Positions 1 through 10,598 of a stretch of DNA of 64,000 nt are shown here, piece by piece. The position numbers and the translations under genes are program-made. The DNA lies in assembly GCA_963664395.2 (NCBI GenBank), contig OY761159.2:3488001-3552000 (forward strand), in the 5' to 3' direction. A model generated the notes under the pieces. That model was not told the origin of the DNA. It saw only the letters and a list, made by a program, of their open reading frames with translations, and searched no databases. Numbering within the stretch: position 1 is the stretch's first letter; every line of letters begins with the position of its first letter. Source of the stretch: Candidatus Binatia bacterium. Its GTDB lineage: Bacteria > Desulfobacterota > Binatia > Bin18.

Positions 1-108
1 ATCAATGAACACAAGATCAATGACCCCAAGTTCAATGATAATCTTATCGCCCGCAGTATCAGGCGCTTCATCCAAAAGGAGAAACCCAAGATCGAAAGCC
101 ACCAATAG
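1..108 (+). CDS. 3' end of an unidentified CDS (partial)
   Basis: Frame 1 is open from base 1 ([35 protein letters not shown]) to TAG at 106-108; a terminator-like hairpin follows. Confidence 0.4.
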   Translation: MNEHKINDPKFNDNLIARSIRRFIQKEKPKIESHQ

Positions 109-148
109 CCTGCCGTACACGGGCTCAGGAGTGTCCGGACCGAAAGAA

Positions 149-186
149 TCGCAGCGGTCTCTCTTCGGAGCCCTGCGATTTTTCTA
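149..186 (+). terminator. Probable intrinsic terminator
   Basis: AATCGCAG...CTGCGATT stem followed by a T run. Confidence 0.5.
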
Positions 187-257
187 TGTCTGTGAGGCGT
201 GATGAGGGCGGGAACAGTTCGACCCTGAGGGGTGCTGGAGGGATAAGGAGCGCTGGT

Positions 258-1517
258 ATGATAAGTGATCTGGCCCATCAAGACCCCGATGTCTACGCCG
301 CTATTCAAAAGGAGACGCAACGCCAGGAGTACAATCTTGAGCTCATCGCGTCAGAGAATGTGGTGAGTGAGGCTGTGCTGGAGGCGCAGGGGTCGGTACT
401 CACGAATAAGTATGCAGAAGGCTATCCCCGGAAGCGCTACTACGGTGGCTGCGAGTATGTGGATGTGGTCGAACAGCTCGCCATTGACCGAGCCCAGGCG
501 TTATTTGGTGCCGAGCATGTCAATGTCCAGCCGCACTCCGGTGCCCAGGCCAATATGGCGGCGTATTTCTCTCAGCTCCAACCAGGAGATACCATCCTGA
601 GCATGAACCTGTCGCACGGTGGACATCTCACCCACGGCAGTCCGGTCAATTTCTCCGGGAAATTCTTTCGGGTCATACCGTATGGCGTCCGAGAGGATAC
701 TCAACTCATTGACTACGCTGAGATTGCTGCACTGGCTCGTCAACATCGGCCCAAGATGATTGTGGCTGGACACAGTGCCTATCCACGCCAGATTGACGCT
801 GCGCCCTTTCGACATATTGCCGATGAGGTAGGGGCCCTGTTGATGGTCGATATGGCCCACTTTGCCGGGCTGGTTGCTGCTGGGCTGCATCCCTCCCCTG
901 TGCCGTATGCCGATCTTGTGACGACGACGACGCATAAGACGCTTCGAGGACCACGCGGTGGGATGATTCTGTGCCGCCAGGACTTGGCCAAAAGCGTGGA
1001 TTCGTCCGTCTTCCCTGGCAACCAGGGTGGGCCGCTTATGCATGTGATTGCGGCCAAGGCCGTAGCCCTGAAGGAAGCGGCCACGCCAGAGTTTCGCGCC
1101 TATCAGCAGCAGATTATCACCAACGCGAAAGCCCTGGCTGACAGCCTCACGCGGCGTGGGTTTTGCCTTGTCTCGGGCGGCACGGATAACCATCTGATGC
1201 TGCTTGATCTGCGCGAGACCGAGCTGACAGGCAAAGTCGCTCAGGAAACCTTGGATCAGGCTCGGATTACGGTCAATAAAAATGCGGTCCCCTTTGATAC
1301 GCGTACTCCCTTTGTGACAAGTGGGGTTCGTATCGGCACTCCGGCGGTGACGAGTCGGGGTATGAAAGAGGCCGAGATGGATCACATTGCCGCCCTCATT
1401 GCCCGCGCTCTGCAGCGGGTTGGCGATGCGCCGGGATTGGCGGCCATTGGTGAAGAGGTCCGTGCGCTGTGCCAGCAGTTCCCCGTCTATGAACACCGCA
1501 TTGCGCGGGCCGCATAA
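258..1517 (+). CDS. glyA: Serine hydroxymethyltransferase
   Basis: [21 protein letters not shown] and PLP-lysine [13 protein letters not shown] motifs; AAGGAG RBS before ATG 258. Confidence 0.97.
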   Translation: MISDLAHQDPDVYAAIQKETQRQEYNLELIASENVVSEAVLEAQGSVLTNKYAEGYPRKRYYGGCEYVDVVEQLAIDRAQALFGAEHVNVQPHSGAQANMAAYFSQLQPGDTILSMNLSHGGHLTHGSPVNFSGKFFRVIPYGVREDTQLIDYAEIAALARQHRPKMIVAGHSAYPRQIDAAPFRHIADEVGALLMVDMAHFAGLVAAGLHPSPVPYADLVTTTTHKTLRGPRGGMILCRQDLAKSVDSSVFPGNQGGPLMHVIAAKAVALKEAATPEFRAYQQQIITNAKALADSLTRRGFCLVSGGTDNHLMLLDLRETELTGKVAQETLDQARITVNKNAVPFDTRTPFVTSGVRIGTPAVTSRGMKEAEMDHIAALIARALQRVGDAPGLAAIGEEVRALCQQFPVYEHRIARAA

Positions 1518-1588
1518 GCTGAAACGAGACAAAGAGGAGGGCAGGAGTCGTGCGGTGAGCTCTTGAGCGTCGCTCCCTCCTGCATCAT

Positions 1589-2098
1589 ATGAAGTGTCCC
1601 TTTTGTTCTCACCTGGAAAGTCGCGTCATTGACTCGCGTTTGAGCCGGGACGGTGATGTCACCCGTCGGCGGCGTGAGTGTGAGGAATGTGAGCGACGTT
1701 TTACGACCTATGAACGGGTTGAAGAAATTCTCCCTCTGGTCGTAAAGAAGGATGGGCGGCGGGAGACGTATGACCGGATGAAAATTATCACTGGTCTCAA
1801 AAAGGCGTGTGAAAAACGTCCGATCAGCATTGAGATCATAGAAAATATTGCGGATCACATAGAGCGGACACTCCAGGGACGAGGCGAGAAAGAAATATCG
1901 GGCGCCGTTATTGGTGAAGAAGTCATGCGCCGCTTGTATGATCTGGACAAGGTTGCGTATGTCCGGTTTTCTTCCGTGTATCGCTCTTTTCAAGATATTG
2001 ATGAGTTCATGTCCGAGCTCAAGGACTTAATTCGGGAACGCAGTACGGACGATGACAAACGGTCGCGAGGCGCGAAGCAGGAAAAGACAAGATCATGA
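1589..2098 (+). CDS. nrdR: Transcriptional repressor NrdR
   Basis: MKCPFC...RRRRECxxCxxRFTTYE zinc ribbon plus ATP-cone; VAYVRFxSVYR. Confidence 0.97.
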   Translation: MKCPFCSHLESRVIDSRLSRDGDVTRRRRECEECERRFTTYERVEEILPLVVKKDGRRETYDRMKIITGLKKACEKRPISIEIIENIADHIERTLQGRGEKEISGAVIGEEVMRRLYDLDKVAYVRFSSVYRSFQDIDEFMSELKDLIRERSTDDDKRSRGAKQEKTRS

Positions 2099-3186
2099 AC
2101 ACTGATGAAGTGTTTATGCAGCGCGCGGTGGACTTAGCCACGCGGGCGCAGGGGCGTACGAGTCCGAATCCCATCGTTGGTGCCGTTATTGTCCGCGGCC
2201 GTCGTATTATTGGCGAGGGGTATCACCGTCGGGCGGGACTGCCGCACGCTGAGATTGAAGCGCTGCGCAAAGCAACCCACGCGGTCCGTGGTACGACGGT
2301 CTACGTCAATCTGGAACCGTGCTCGCACTACGGCAGAACTCCCCCCTGTGCAAATGCCCTGATTGAGGCCGGCGTCGCGCGAGTGGTTGTTGGCATGACC
2401 GATCCGAACCCCTGTGTCCGTGGACGCGGTATTCGGCGCCTGCGTCGTGCTGGAATTGCGGTTACGACCGGTGTGCTCAAAGCGGTCTGCCAGCGCGCAA
2501 ACGAAGATTTTGCGGTTGCGATTCAAACCGGACGGCCCTTTGTCACCTTAAAATTGGCCGCTTCCCTCGACGGACGGATCGCTACCGCGAGTGGAGATGC
2601 CCGCTGGATTAGTGGGGATACGTCACGCCGCACAGTCCATGAGTTGCGCAACCATGTGGACGCAATACTGGTTGGAGCAGAAACGGTCAAAGCCGATGAT
2701 CCCCAGTTGACGTGTCGAATCCGTGGGGGGCGAGATCCCCTGCGCGTCATTCTTGACGGACGGCTCAGGATCAGCCCACAGGCTCAAGTGTGTTGTCTCT
2801 CTTCCAAAGCCGCGACTGTGATTGCAACGACACGCCGCGCCGCCCAACTCCGTGGGGCCGCCTTTGAGCAGCGCGGCGTTGAGGTCTTGGCCTTTCCCGG
2901 GAAGGGGGGGAAGATTTTGCTCCGACCGGTGCTCGAAACACTGGCTCAGCGCGGTGCGAAGCACGTCCTGATTGAGGGGGGCGGACAGATTGCGGCGGCA
3001 GCCTTGCGCGAAGGACTGGTGAATAAGCTCTTATTTTTTTATGGCGCCGTCCTGCTCGGCGGCGATGGGCGGGCCATGCTCGCTCCGTTAGGGGTTGGGC
3101 GGGTTGCCGAGGGAATAAAACTCCATACAATGCGGGTAGATCGAATTGGGCAGGATATGGTGGTATCAGGATACATTCGGACATAA
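2095..3186 (+). CDS. ribD: Riboflavin biosynthesis deaminase/reductase
   Basis: PNPxVG, HAE, LEPCSHxGRTPPC, KxAxSLDG and EGG motifs. Confidence 0.96.
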   Translation: MNTDEVFMQRAVDLATRAQGRTSPNPIVGAVIVRGRRIIGEGYHRRAGLPHAEIEALRKATHAVRGTTVYVNLEPCSHYGRTPPCANALIEAGVARVVVGMTDPNPCVRGRGIRRLRRAGIAVTTGVLKAVCQRANEDFAVAIQTGRPFVTLKLAASLDGRIATASGDARWISGDTSRRTVHELRNHVDAILVGAETVKADDPQLTCRIRGGRDPLRVILDGRLRISPQAQVCCLSSKAATVIATTRRAAQLRGAAFEQRGVEVLAFPGKGGKILLRPVLETLAQRGAKHVLIEGGGQIAAAALREGLVNKLLFFYGAVLLGGDGRAMLAPLGVGRVAEGIKLHTMRVDRIGQDMVVSGYIRT

Positions 3187-3195
3187 GGAGTAGCT

Positions 3196-4419
3196 ATGTC
3201 AATCGCGTTATCACCAGTAGAAGAGGCGCTCCAACAGCTCAGCCAAGGAAAGATGGTTGTCTTGGTTGAAAACGACACTAGTGAAGGAGAAGCCGACCTG
3301 TGTCTGGCTGCTGATTCGACCACACCGGCTGGAGTCAACTTCATGGCAACCCATGGCCGTGGGTTGATTTGTTTGGCTCTGACAGAAGAGAAAATACGCG
3401 AGCTCGGGATTCCTATGCTCGGGCATGGACACGAAGGGAGTCGCCCCCGGGTCTTTGGTGCCTCGATTGAAGCCCGCCGTGGCGTCACAACTGGGATATC
3501 AGCCTACGACCGCGCGGTGACCATCACGACTGCGGTACGGGATGACGCTCGCCCGGCTGACCTCGTTATGCCAGGCCATGTCTTCCCGCTCTTTGCTCAC
3601 CGGGGTGGCGTGTTGGCTTGGCGTGGTTTATCTGAAGCCAGTATTGATCTGGTCCGACTGGCCGGCGTCAAGCCGGCGGCCACCTTATGCACAATTCTGC
3701 GCGACGATGGAGAGCTTGCCCAGGGCCAAGAGGTCGAAGCCTTTGCGCGCGAGCACGCCCTCCCGATTGTGAGCATAGCCAGCCTGACAACCTATCGTTT
3801 ACGGACAGAATCCGTCATTCACCGGGTGGGTGAGGGGGAAATCACGAGTCCGTTTGGCGGGAAATTTTTAGCCATCGTCTATCGAACCGAAGTCGATAGC
3901 CATGAACATATTGCCCTGGTCAAAGGGGAGATTGCTATCCCGGAGCCGATCTCTGTCCGGATTCATTCGCAATGTTTAACCGGTGATGTGTTTGGTTCCG
4001 AACGCTGTGATTGTGGCGAACAGCTCACGTATGCCATGGAGTATATTGCCGAGAAAGGCCGTGGTGTCGTTATCTATTTGCAGCAAGAGGGCCGCGGGAT
4101 TGGTCTGGCCAATAAGATCCGTGCCTATGCACTCCAGGATAAAGGGCTGGACACGGTTGAAGCCAACCTCCATCTTGGATTTGAGGAGGATCTCCGAGAT
4201 TATGGCATTGGGGCCCAGATTCTCCGTGATTTGCGTGTTTCGCAGGTGCGTTTGCTGACGAATAATCCGCAGAAAATTAGTGGGCTCGAAGAATACGGGG
4301 TGAAGGTCATTGAACGACAACCCATTGAGATGCCGCCCCACAAGGGTAATATTCACTATCTCCAGGCCAAGAAAGACAAACTGGGGCATTTATTCTCTGA
4401 GCTCAAACCGTTGCTCTAA
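3196..4419 (+). CDS. ribBA: RibBA-type fusion: degenerate DHBP synthase domain plus intact GTP cyclohydrolase II
   Basis: C-terminal RIHSQCLTGDVFGSERCDC, QEGRGIGL, RDYGIGAQIL, TNNP; N-terminal RibB-like domain with altered catalytic motifs. Confidence 0.9.
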   Translation: MSIALSPVEEALQQLSQGKMVVLVENDTSEGEADLCLAADSTTPAGVNFMATHGRGLICLALTEEKIRELGIPMLGHGHEGSRPRVFGASIEARRGVTTGISAYDRAVTITTAVRDDARPADLVMPGHVFPLFAHRGGVLAWRGLSEASIDLVRLAGVKPAATLCTILRDDGELAQGQEVEAFAREHALPIVSIASLTTYRLRTESVIHRVGEGEITSPFGGKFLAIVYRTEVDSHEHIALVKGEIAIPEPISVRIHSQCLTGDVFGSERCDCGEQLTYAMEYIAEKGRGVVIYLQQEGRGIGLANKIRAYALQDKGLDTVEANLHLGFEEDLRDYGIGAQILRDLRVSQVRLLTNNPQKISGLEEYGVKVIERQPIEMPPHKGNIHYLQAKKDKLGHLFSELKPLL

Positions 4420-4460
4420 TCGCGTCAATTGGATGAACCATTGCTTGAATAGGGGAATAT

Positions 4461-4937
4461 ATGGCCCGGATCATTACTGGCAAGCTTGATGCCACGGGGA
4501 TGCGGTTCGGCGTCGTCGTGTCGCAGTTCAATAGTTTGATCACCGAGCGGTTACAGGCTGGCGTGATTGATGCCTTCTGCCGCCATGGCGCGCGGGACGA
4601 AGACATTGATGTGGTGTTGGTGCCTGGGGCGTTTGACATCCCCCTGTTTGCGAAGCAGATGGCAACCAGCGGGCGCTACAAGGCCGTGGTGTGTGTTGGG
4701 GCGATCATCAAAGGCGAGACGCCCCACTTCGATTATATTGCCGCTGCCATGACCCAGGGCATTAAAGAAATCATGCTCTCCTCCGGCGTGCCCGTCACAT
4801 TTGGGGTGTTGACCACGGACTCGGTTGAGCAGGCGCTTGACCGGGCGGGAGCAAAACTTGGGAATAAGGGCTGGGAAGCCGCGCTGTCCGCTATTGAGAT
4901 GGTCCACGCCCTCAGGGCGTTGCAGGACATCGAGTAA
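4461..4937 (+). CDS. ribH: 6,7-dimethyl-8-ribityllumazine synthase
   Basis: VPGAF, GETPHFDY, FGVLT and GNKG motifs. Confidence 0.95.
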   Translation: MARIITGKLDATGMRFGVVVSQFNSLITERLQAGVIDAFCRHGARDEDIDVVLVPGAFDIPLFAKQMATSGRYKAVVCVGAIIKGETPHFDYIAAAMTQGIKEIMLSSGVPVTFGVLTTDSVEQALDRAGAKLGNKGWEAALSAIEMVHALRALQDIE

Positions 4938-4944
4938 GTATTGT

Positions 4945-5388
4945 ATGGGAGCCCGCGGAACCCGACGCCAGAAGCGTGAGTATGCCCTCCAAATCTTGTA
5001 CCAGATTGATGTCAGCGGGGTGACCCCGCGGCAGGCGCTCGCGCTATTCGAGCAGTGCTTTGCCCAAGCAACCGAGGTCCGGGGGTTTACCGCAGATTTG
5101 GTGAACGGGACATGGAGCGAGCGGCGGCAGCTTGACAGTATGATAGCCGATGCCGCCGAACACTGGCGGATCGGTCGTTTGCCCAAGGTTGATTTGAATC
5201 TTTTACGCCTCGGCGCGTATGAATTGGGAGCCTACCCCGACTTATCTGCGGGGGTAACGATTAACGAAGCAATTGAAATTGCTCGCCGCTATTGCAGTGA
5301 TGATGCGCCGACCTTTGTCAATGGTGTGCTCGATCGGATAGCAGGTGTTGTTGGGAAGAAAGCACAGCCGCATGAGTCTCTCGAATAA
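4945..5388 (+). CDS. nusB: Transcription antitermination factor NusB
   Basis: RRxxRExALQxLYQ, [15 protein letters not shown]; follows ribH; start inferred at ATG 4945. Confidence 0.93.
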   Translation: MGARGTRRQKREYALQILYQIDVSGVTPRQALALFEQCFAQATEVRGFTADLVNGTWSERRQLDSMIADAAEHWRIGRLPKVDLNLLRLGAYELGAYPDLSAGVTINEAIEIARRYCSDDAPTFVNGVLDRIAGVVGKKAQPHESLE

Positions 5389-8086
5389 GCCGTCCAACGG
5401 AGCCGCGCCGGAAACGCCCGCAGGCGGCAAAGTGCGCTATCAGCCCAGCGTCATCGAGCCCAAATGGCAGCGTTATTGGCTGGAGCACAAGACTTTTCGT
5501 GCTGAGATCGATCGGCACAAGCAAAAATACTACATCCTGGATATGTTCCCATATCCGAGTGCCGCCGGCCTGCACGTCGGACACCCTGAAGGCTATACCG
5601 CAACCGATATCCTGGCCCGCTATAAGCGCATGCGGGGATATAATGTCCTGCATCCCATGGGCTGGGATGCGTTCGGACTGCCGGCGGAACAATATGCGAT
5701 TGAGACGGGCACGCATCCGCGTGAAACAACGGCCCGCAATATCGATACCTTTCGGCGTCAAATCCAAGCCCTGGGCTTTTCCTACGATTGGGACCGGGAG
5801 ATTGCTACTTGTGCGCCTGATTACTATCGCTGGACGCAATGGATTTTCCTCAAACTCTATGAGCGCGGTCTGGCCTATATGGCAGAGGTAGCGGTCAATT
5901 GGTGTCCGGCCCTGGGCACGGTACTGGCCAATGAAGAAGTGATAGACGGCAAGAGTGAGCGCGGCGGACACGAGGTCATCCGCAAGCCCATGCGGCAGTG
6001 GATGCTGCGGATTACGGCCTATGCGGAACGGCTGTTAGCCGGACTCGACGACCTGGATTGGCCGGAAAATGTCAAGGAAATGCAGCGCAACTGGATCGGG
6101 CGGAGTGAGGGCGCCCGTATTCGTTTCCGGCTGTGTCACGGCGATGGTACTGCGTTTGCGGAAGAGGATGCCTTTTTCGATGTCTTTACCACGCGCCCGG
6201 ATACGCTGTTTGGCGCGACCTATTGTGTCCTGGCCCCGGAACATCCCTTGGTTGAGCGTATCACCACCCCGAAAAATCGGGACGCGGTTGCGGCGTATAC
6301 ACAAGAGGCGCTACGCAAGTCCGACCTGGCCCGCACGGAATTGGTGAAAGAAAAGACCGGGGTCAACACGGGCGGCTATGCATTGAACCCCGTTAATGGC
6401 GAGCCGATTCCGATTTGGGTCGCCGACTATGTCCTGTTCACCTATGGAACCGGGGCGATTATGGCTGTGCCGGGCGGAGACGAGCGAGACTGGGCTTTTG
6501 CCCGCCAGTTTGACATCCCGATTGTTGAAGTGGTCCAGGGTGGGGATATCGAAACCGGAGCCTATACCGGAGACGGACCCCATGTGAACTCGGGCTTTTT
6601 GGATGGTCTCGACGTAGCCGCAGCCAAGAAAAAGATGCAGGCCTGGCTGGAGGAAAACGGACACGGCGAAGGCACGGTGAACTATAAGCTGCGGGACTGG
6701 CTGTTCAGTCGCCAGCGGTATTGGGGCGAGCCGTTTCCGATTCTCCATATAGACGGACAACCTCAGCCGCTTGCGCCACATGACCTGCCCGTACTCCTAC
6801 CCGAAGTCGAGAGTTTTCGACCAACCGGAACCGGCGAGCCGCCGCTGGCCGCGGCTCGGGGGTGGGTGGAGACGACCGAACCGGCATCGGGTCAGCCGGC
6901 GTTACGGGAAACAAACACTATGCCCCAGTGGGCCGGGAGCTGCTGGTACTTTTTGCGTTTCCTGGACCCGCAGAATGCGGACAAGCCGTGGGACGCGGAC
7001 CCGGAGCAATACTGGATGCCGGTGGATTTATATGTAGGGGGAGTGGAGCATGCCGTGCTGCACTTGTTGTATGCCCGTTTTTGGCACCATGTCCTGTATG
7101 ACTGTGGCCTTGTATCCACCCCTGAACCGTTCCAGCGCTTGGTCAATCAAGGTATGATCCTGGGCTTCAGTTATCGGTACTACCAAGACGAGCAGGGTCA
7201 TCGCTATGCGGCGCACGCCGTTGAGAAGATCACTCGAGACGGCAGCGAGGGGGCCGAGTACTCGCTCAAGGCGGACCCGACGAAACACCTCAGTGTGGAG
7301 TATGTGCCGGTAGACCAAGTGGTGTGGCGAGACGACAAGCCCTATCACCCGGATGATACGGACCTGGAACTGGAGCCCCAAACCGACAAAATGTCGAAAT
7401 CGCGGGGCAATGTCGTGAATCCTGATGTCGTGATTGCGGAGTATGGGGCCGATGCGTTGCGCTGCTATGAGATGTTTATGGGGCCGCTGGAACAGGTCAA
7501 GCCATGGAATACGCGCTCCGTTGCCGGGGTGTATCGTTTCCTGCACCGGGCCTGGGCGTTGATTGTCGCCGACACCGGCAGCCTGCGCTCGGACATTGCC
7601 GACATGGAACCGCAGCCCGACGCAGCGCTCACCCGCCTCTTTCATAAAACGGTGAAAAAGGTCAGGGAAGACATCGAAGGTATGCGCTTCCACACCGCGC
7701 TGAGCGCCCTGATGGTGTTTGTGAACGACGCGCAAAAGGCGGCTCGCCTGCCGCGGGTGCTGGCTGAGGGCTTTGTGCTGTTGCTCGCTCCCTTTGCGCC
7801 CCATCTGGGCGAAGAATTGTGGCAGCGTCTTGGGCACGCGGATACCCTGACATACGAAACCTGGCCGGCGTACGACCCGGAGCTCACTCAGGATGATACG
7901 GTCACCATCGCGGTACAGGTCAACGGAAAATTCCGGGCGACCATCGAACTTGCCGCTGACGCGGATAAAGAAGCGACCTTAGGCGCGGCTCGAAACCAAG
8001 ACAAAGTGGCCGCATATTTAGCCGGCAAGACCATCCGGCGCGAAATCGTTGTGCCGGGGCGACTGGTGAACTTCGTTATCGCCTAG
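5372..8086 (+). CDS. leuS: Leucyl-tRNA synthetase
   Basis: [20 protein letters not shown] and KMSKS motifs; start uncertain. Confidence 0.97.
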   Translation: MSLSNKPSNGAAPETPAGGKVRYQPSVIEPKWQRYWLEHKTFRAEIDRHKQKYYILDMFPYPSAAGLHVGHPEGYTATDILARYKRMRGYNVLHPMGWDAFGLPAEQYAIETGTHPRETTARNIDTFRRQIQALGFSYDWDREIATCAPDYYRWTQWIFLKLYERGLAYMAEVAVNWCPALGTVLANEEVIDGKSERGGHEVIRKPMRQWMLRITAYAERLLAGLDDLDWPENVKEMQRNWIGRSEGARIRFRLCHGDGTAFAEEDAFFDVFTTRPDTLFGATYCVLAPEHPLVERITTPKNRDAVAAYTQEALRKSDLARTELVKEKTGVNTGGYALNPVNGEPIPIWVADYVLFTYGTGAIMAVPGGDERDWAFARQFDIPIVEVVQGGDIETGAYTGDGPHVNSGFLDGLDVAAAKKKMQAWLEENGHGEGTVNYKLRDWLFSRQRYWGEPFPILHIDGQPQPLAPHDLPVLLPEVESFRPTGTGEPPLAAARGWVETTEPASGQPALRETNTMPQWAGSCWYFLRFLDPQNADKPWDADPEQYWMPVDLYVGGVEHAVLHLLYARFWHHVLYDCGLVSTPEPFQRLVNQGMILGFSYRYYQDEQGHRYAAHAVEKITRDGSEGAEYSLKADPTKHLSVEYVPVDQVVWRDDKPYHPDDTDLELEPQTDKMSKSRGNVVNPDVVIAEYGADALRCYEMFMGPLEQVKPWNTRSVAGVYRFLHRAWALIVADTGSLRSDIADMEPQPDAALTRLFHKTVKKVREDIEGMRFHTALSALMVFVNDAQKAARLPRVLAEGFVLLLAPFAPHLGEELWQRLGHADTLTYETWPAYDPELTQDDTVTIAVQVNGKFRATIELAADADKEATLGAARNQDKVAAYLAGKTIRREIVVPGRLVNFVIA

Positions 8087-8120
8087 CGTCTTGTTGAAGA
8101 CTTCCCGGCGCAGGTCTTTC

Positions 8121-8699
8121 ATGAAGAAAGTGTGTTCCATTTTGATCGCCGTGTGTGCCTGCCTGTGGAGCGCGTGTGGCTATCATTTTTCTGGGGTCAC
8201 CTCCTTGCCGCAGGGCATCGACAGTGTGAGCTTTGCTGAATTCTCCAATCATACGCTTGAGACCGGTGTGGAAAAGGAACTCCAGTGGGCCATTGAGCGA
8301 GAGTTTCGGACGCATAGGAATATTCGGATAACCGACATTGGCGAAGGTGTGGTCTCCGTCCAACTCCAGAGGTTAGACCTGCGTCCGTTTTCATTTGACC
8401 GCCGCGCTCAGGTCCTTGAGTACGAAATGGTGCTTGCCCTCGATATCCAGCTCACCGACCGAGGGAGCGGGAAAGTCCTGTGGCAGGCAAACGATCTGCG
8501 GGTGACGGAATATTACAGCGCTATTCCCCAGGTCTTGGTGACGACCTCGCCTGAATTTCTGCAGGGAACGCTCGACCCTGGAGACCTGCCTGGCCTCACG
8601 GACGTGCAGTTCTCGGAGACGCAACGCCGCCTCACCATTACGCGCCTCTTTGCAGCGGCAGCACGTGAAGTCTATTTTCGCTTGGGCGACAATTTCTAA
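8121..8699 (+). CDS. lptE: LPS assembly lipoprotein LptE family
   Basis: Lipobox SACGYHF; conserved position after leuS. Confidence 0.75.
   Translation: MKKVCSILIAVCACLWSACGYHFSGVTSLPQGIDSVSFAEFSNHTLETGVEKELQWAIEREFRTHRNIRITDIGEGVVSVQLQRLDLRPFSFDRRAQVLEYEMVLALDIQLTDRGSGKVLWQANDLRVTEYYSAIPQVLVTTSPEFLQGTLDPGDLPGLTDVQFSETQRRLTITRLFAAAAREVYFRLGDNF
8656..8699 (+). repeat. Left att-like direct repeat (lptE 3' end)
   Basis: 44 bp, matches 19949-19992 with 3 mismatches. Confidence 0.9.
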
Positions 8700-8780
8700 C
8701 TGTTTTTACTCTACCTCTGTATTGGTGGAGTTGCTGTTCCGCGTCCACGGATGAGGATTCCGATTCAGGGCGGCCCTGCT

Positions 8781-8816
8781 CCCCTCTCGGGAGGGGTGGC
8801 CGTAGGCCGGGGTGGG
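8781..8816. repeat. REP-like double hairpin (DUF559-associated family)
   Basis: CCCCTCTCGGGAGGGGTGGCCGTAGGCCGGGGTGGG; same family as the copies at 50-64 kb. Confidence 0.8.
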
Positions 8817-8949
8817 TCTCCCCCCAGGTACGCCCATATTTGAGAGATAAGAGCTGAGCAGCGGTCAAGTGAGCTTGACTCATACATGCCGATTGTTACC
8901 ATCTCGCATTTCCAGCAGTCGGTCCTTTTCCCGAGAGAGGAAATATCAC

Positions 8950-9417
8950 ATGCCCCGCAACGACCAAGTCATGCGCCAGTTGGTGCTGTTGCAGAAGTTA
9001 GACGGCTCCCGAGGAGCGACGCTACAAGAGTTGGCCGCATCCCTGCCTGAAGATTTATCGCGCCATCCGCGGACTATTCGGCGCGACCTCGAAGCTCTGG
9101 AACTCCGTTTTCCTCTGGTCATAGAGCAGAGAAACGGTCAAACGCGCTGGCGTCTCATGGACGGCTATCGCACGGCGCTTCCCCTGACGCTATCGGCAAC
9201 GGAACTCATGGCTCTGGTCTTCAGCCGAGATTTGCTGAAACCCCTGGAGGGGACTGAAATCAAGGCATCTCTGGACTCGGCCCTCAACAAGGCTGCGGCA
9301 GCGCTGCCGACTGACGGGGTGCGGCACCCTGAGCAGCCCCAGGGACATTTTTCTGTTGGGCTGGGCTCTCACAAGAACTACCGTCAACATCGACGTACCA
9401 TAGACCAACTCTCATAT
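8950..9417 (+). pseudogene. Truncated HTH-WYL (YafY/PafB-like) transcriptional regulator
   Basis: wHTH RTIRRDLEAL and LTLSxxELxAL linker; sequence breaks off before the WYL domain at a REP-like element. Confidence 0.75.
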
Positions 9418-9451
9418 CCCCTCTCCCCCTGGGAGAGGGTTAGGGTGAGGG
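9418..9451. repeat. REP-like element
   Basis: CCCCTCTCCCCCTGGGAGAGGGTTAGGGTGAGGG at the WYL truncation point. Confidence 0.7.
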
Positions 9452-9468
9452 AGAAAGGAACGCAGCGT

Positions 9469-9594
9469 ATGCCCTCGATTGATTTAGCGTTTCGCCTGAC
9501 TGGATCAGCCGTTCCGGTTGACCACGGCTATGCGTTGTACGCCGCGCTAGGCCGGATGCTGCTCTCAACCTTCAGCAAAATATCCGCCTCTTAA
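9469..9594 (+). pseudogene. cas6: N-terminal fragment of Cas6 (I-MYXAN Cmx6-like)
   Basis: MPSIDLAFRLTGSAVPVDHGYALYAAL resembles the Cmx6 N-terminal DLxFxxxGxxxPxDHGYxLY motif; own RBS (GAAAGG). Confidence 0.7.
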
Positions 9595-9611
9595 ATAGAA
9601 GGACCATTTTT

Positions 9612-10598
9612 ATGGATGATTTCTCACCGTCTGATCTCAAAACCATTCTCCACTCAAAACGTGCCAATATGTACTACCTTCAACACTGTCGGGTATTGGT
9701 TAATGGCGGCCGAGTGGAATACGTAACCGATCAGGGTAAACAGTCGCTCTACTGGAATATTCCAATCGCCAATACGACATCTTTGCTTTTGGGGACGGGC
9801 ACCTCAATAACACAAGCAGCTATGCGCGAATTAGCCAAGGCTGGAGTATTGGTCGGGTTTTGCGGCGGTGGAGGCGCACCGCTGTTTGCGGCAAACGAAG
9901 TCGAAGTAGAAGTAGAAGTGTCTTGGCTTAGTCCACAGAGTGAGTATCGGCCTACGGAGTATTTACAGCACTGGGTCAGCTTCTGGTTTGACGAAGGCAG
10001 CCGTGTTGCCGCTGCGAAAGCGTTTCAACGCGTGCGCTTTGAACAGATTAGAAAACACTGGTTTGACTCAACAATGCAACGGGAAAGCGCATTTGGTCTC
10101 AGCGCCGCTGATCTCATTGCGATTCTTGATACGACACAAAAATCGCTGGAATCGTGTCAAACAACCAATGCCATTCTTTCGCTGGAGGCCCAGATTACAA
10201 AGCGCCTGTACAGACTCGCGGTCAATGCTGTTGGCTATGGAGAGTTCGTCCGCGCAAAACGTGGCTCAGGCTCCGATCTGGCCAATCGATATCTTGACCA
10301 TGGGAATTATCTCGCTTACGGATTAGCGGCCACCGCGGCTTGGGTACTTGGCTTACCTCATGGTCTCGCTGTACTGCACGGAAAAACCAGGCGTGGAGGG
10401 CTGGTTTTTGATATTGCCGATCTGGTGAAGGACGCTCTGGTCCTCCCGCAATCCTTCATTTCTGCAATGGCCGGTCAAGATGAACAAGAATTTCGCCAAG
10501 CCTGCATCCAACGATTCAACCAAGCCGAAGCGTTAGACACCATGATAGACTCAATCAAGTCTGCTGCCATTGAGTTCAGTAAAGTGCCGAAGCCATGA
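9612..10598 (+). CDS. cas1: Type I-F Cas1
   Basis: LKTILHSKRAN, YWNIPIANT, EYRPTEY, HGKTRRGGLVFDIAD. Confidence 0.96.
   Translation: MDDFSPSDLKTILHSKRANMYYLQHCRVLVNGGRVEYVTDQGKQSLYWNIPIANTTSLLLGTGTSITQAAMRELAKAGVLVGFCGGGGAPLFAANEVEVEVEVSWLSPQSEYRPTEYLQHWVSFWFDEGSRVAAAKAFQRVRFEQIRKHWFDSTMQRESAFGLSAADLIAILDTTQKSLESCQTTNAILSLEAQITKRLYRLAVNAVGYGEFVRAKRGSGSDLANRYLDHGNYLAYGLAATAAWVLGLPHGLAVLHGKTRRGGLVFDIADLVKDALVLPQSFISAMAGQDEQEFRQACIQRFNQAEALDTMIDSIKSAAIEFSKVPKP

Noticed and set aside
109-257. ZTP or glycine riboswitch, or ribozyme, upstream of glyA
   Set aside because: The expected consensus elements were not found; only a terminator-like hairpin is supported
501-1532. Long antisense ORFs over glyA, and similar ones over leuS, infB, pnp, gspF and gspD
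   Set aside because: Shadow ORFs of GC-rich coding sequence with no recognisable motifs
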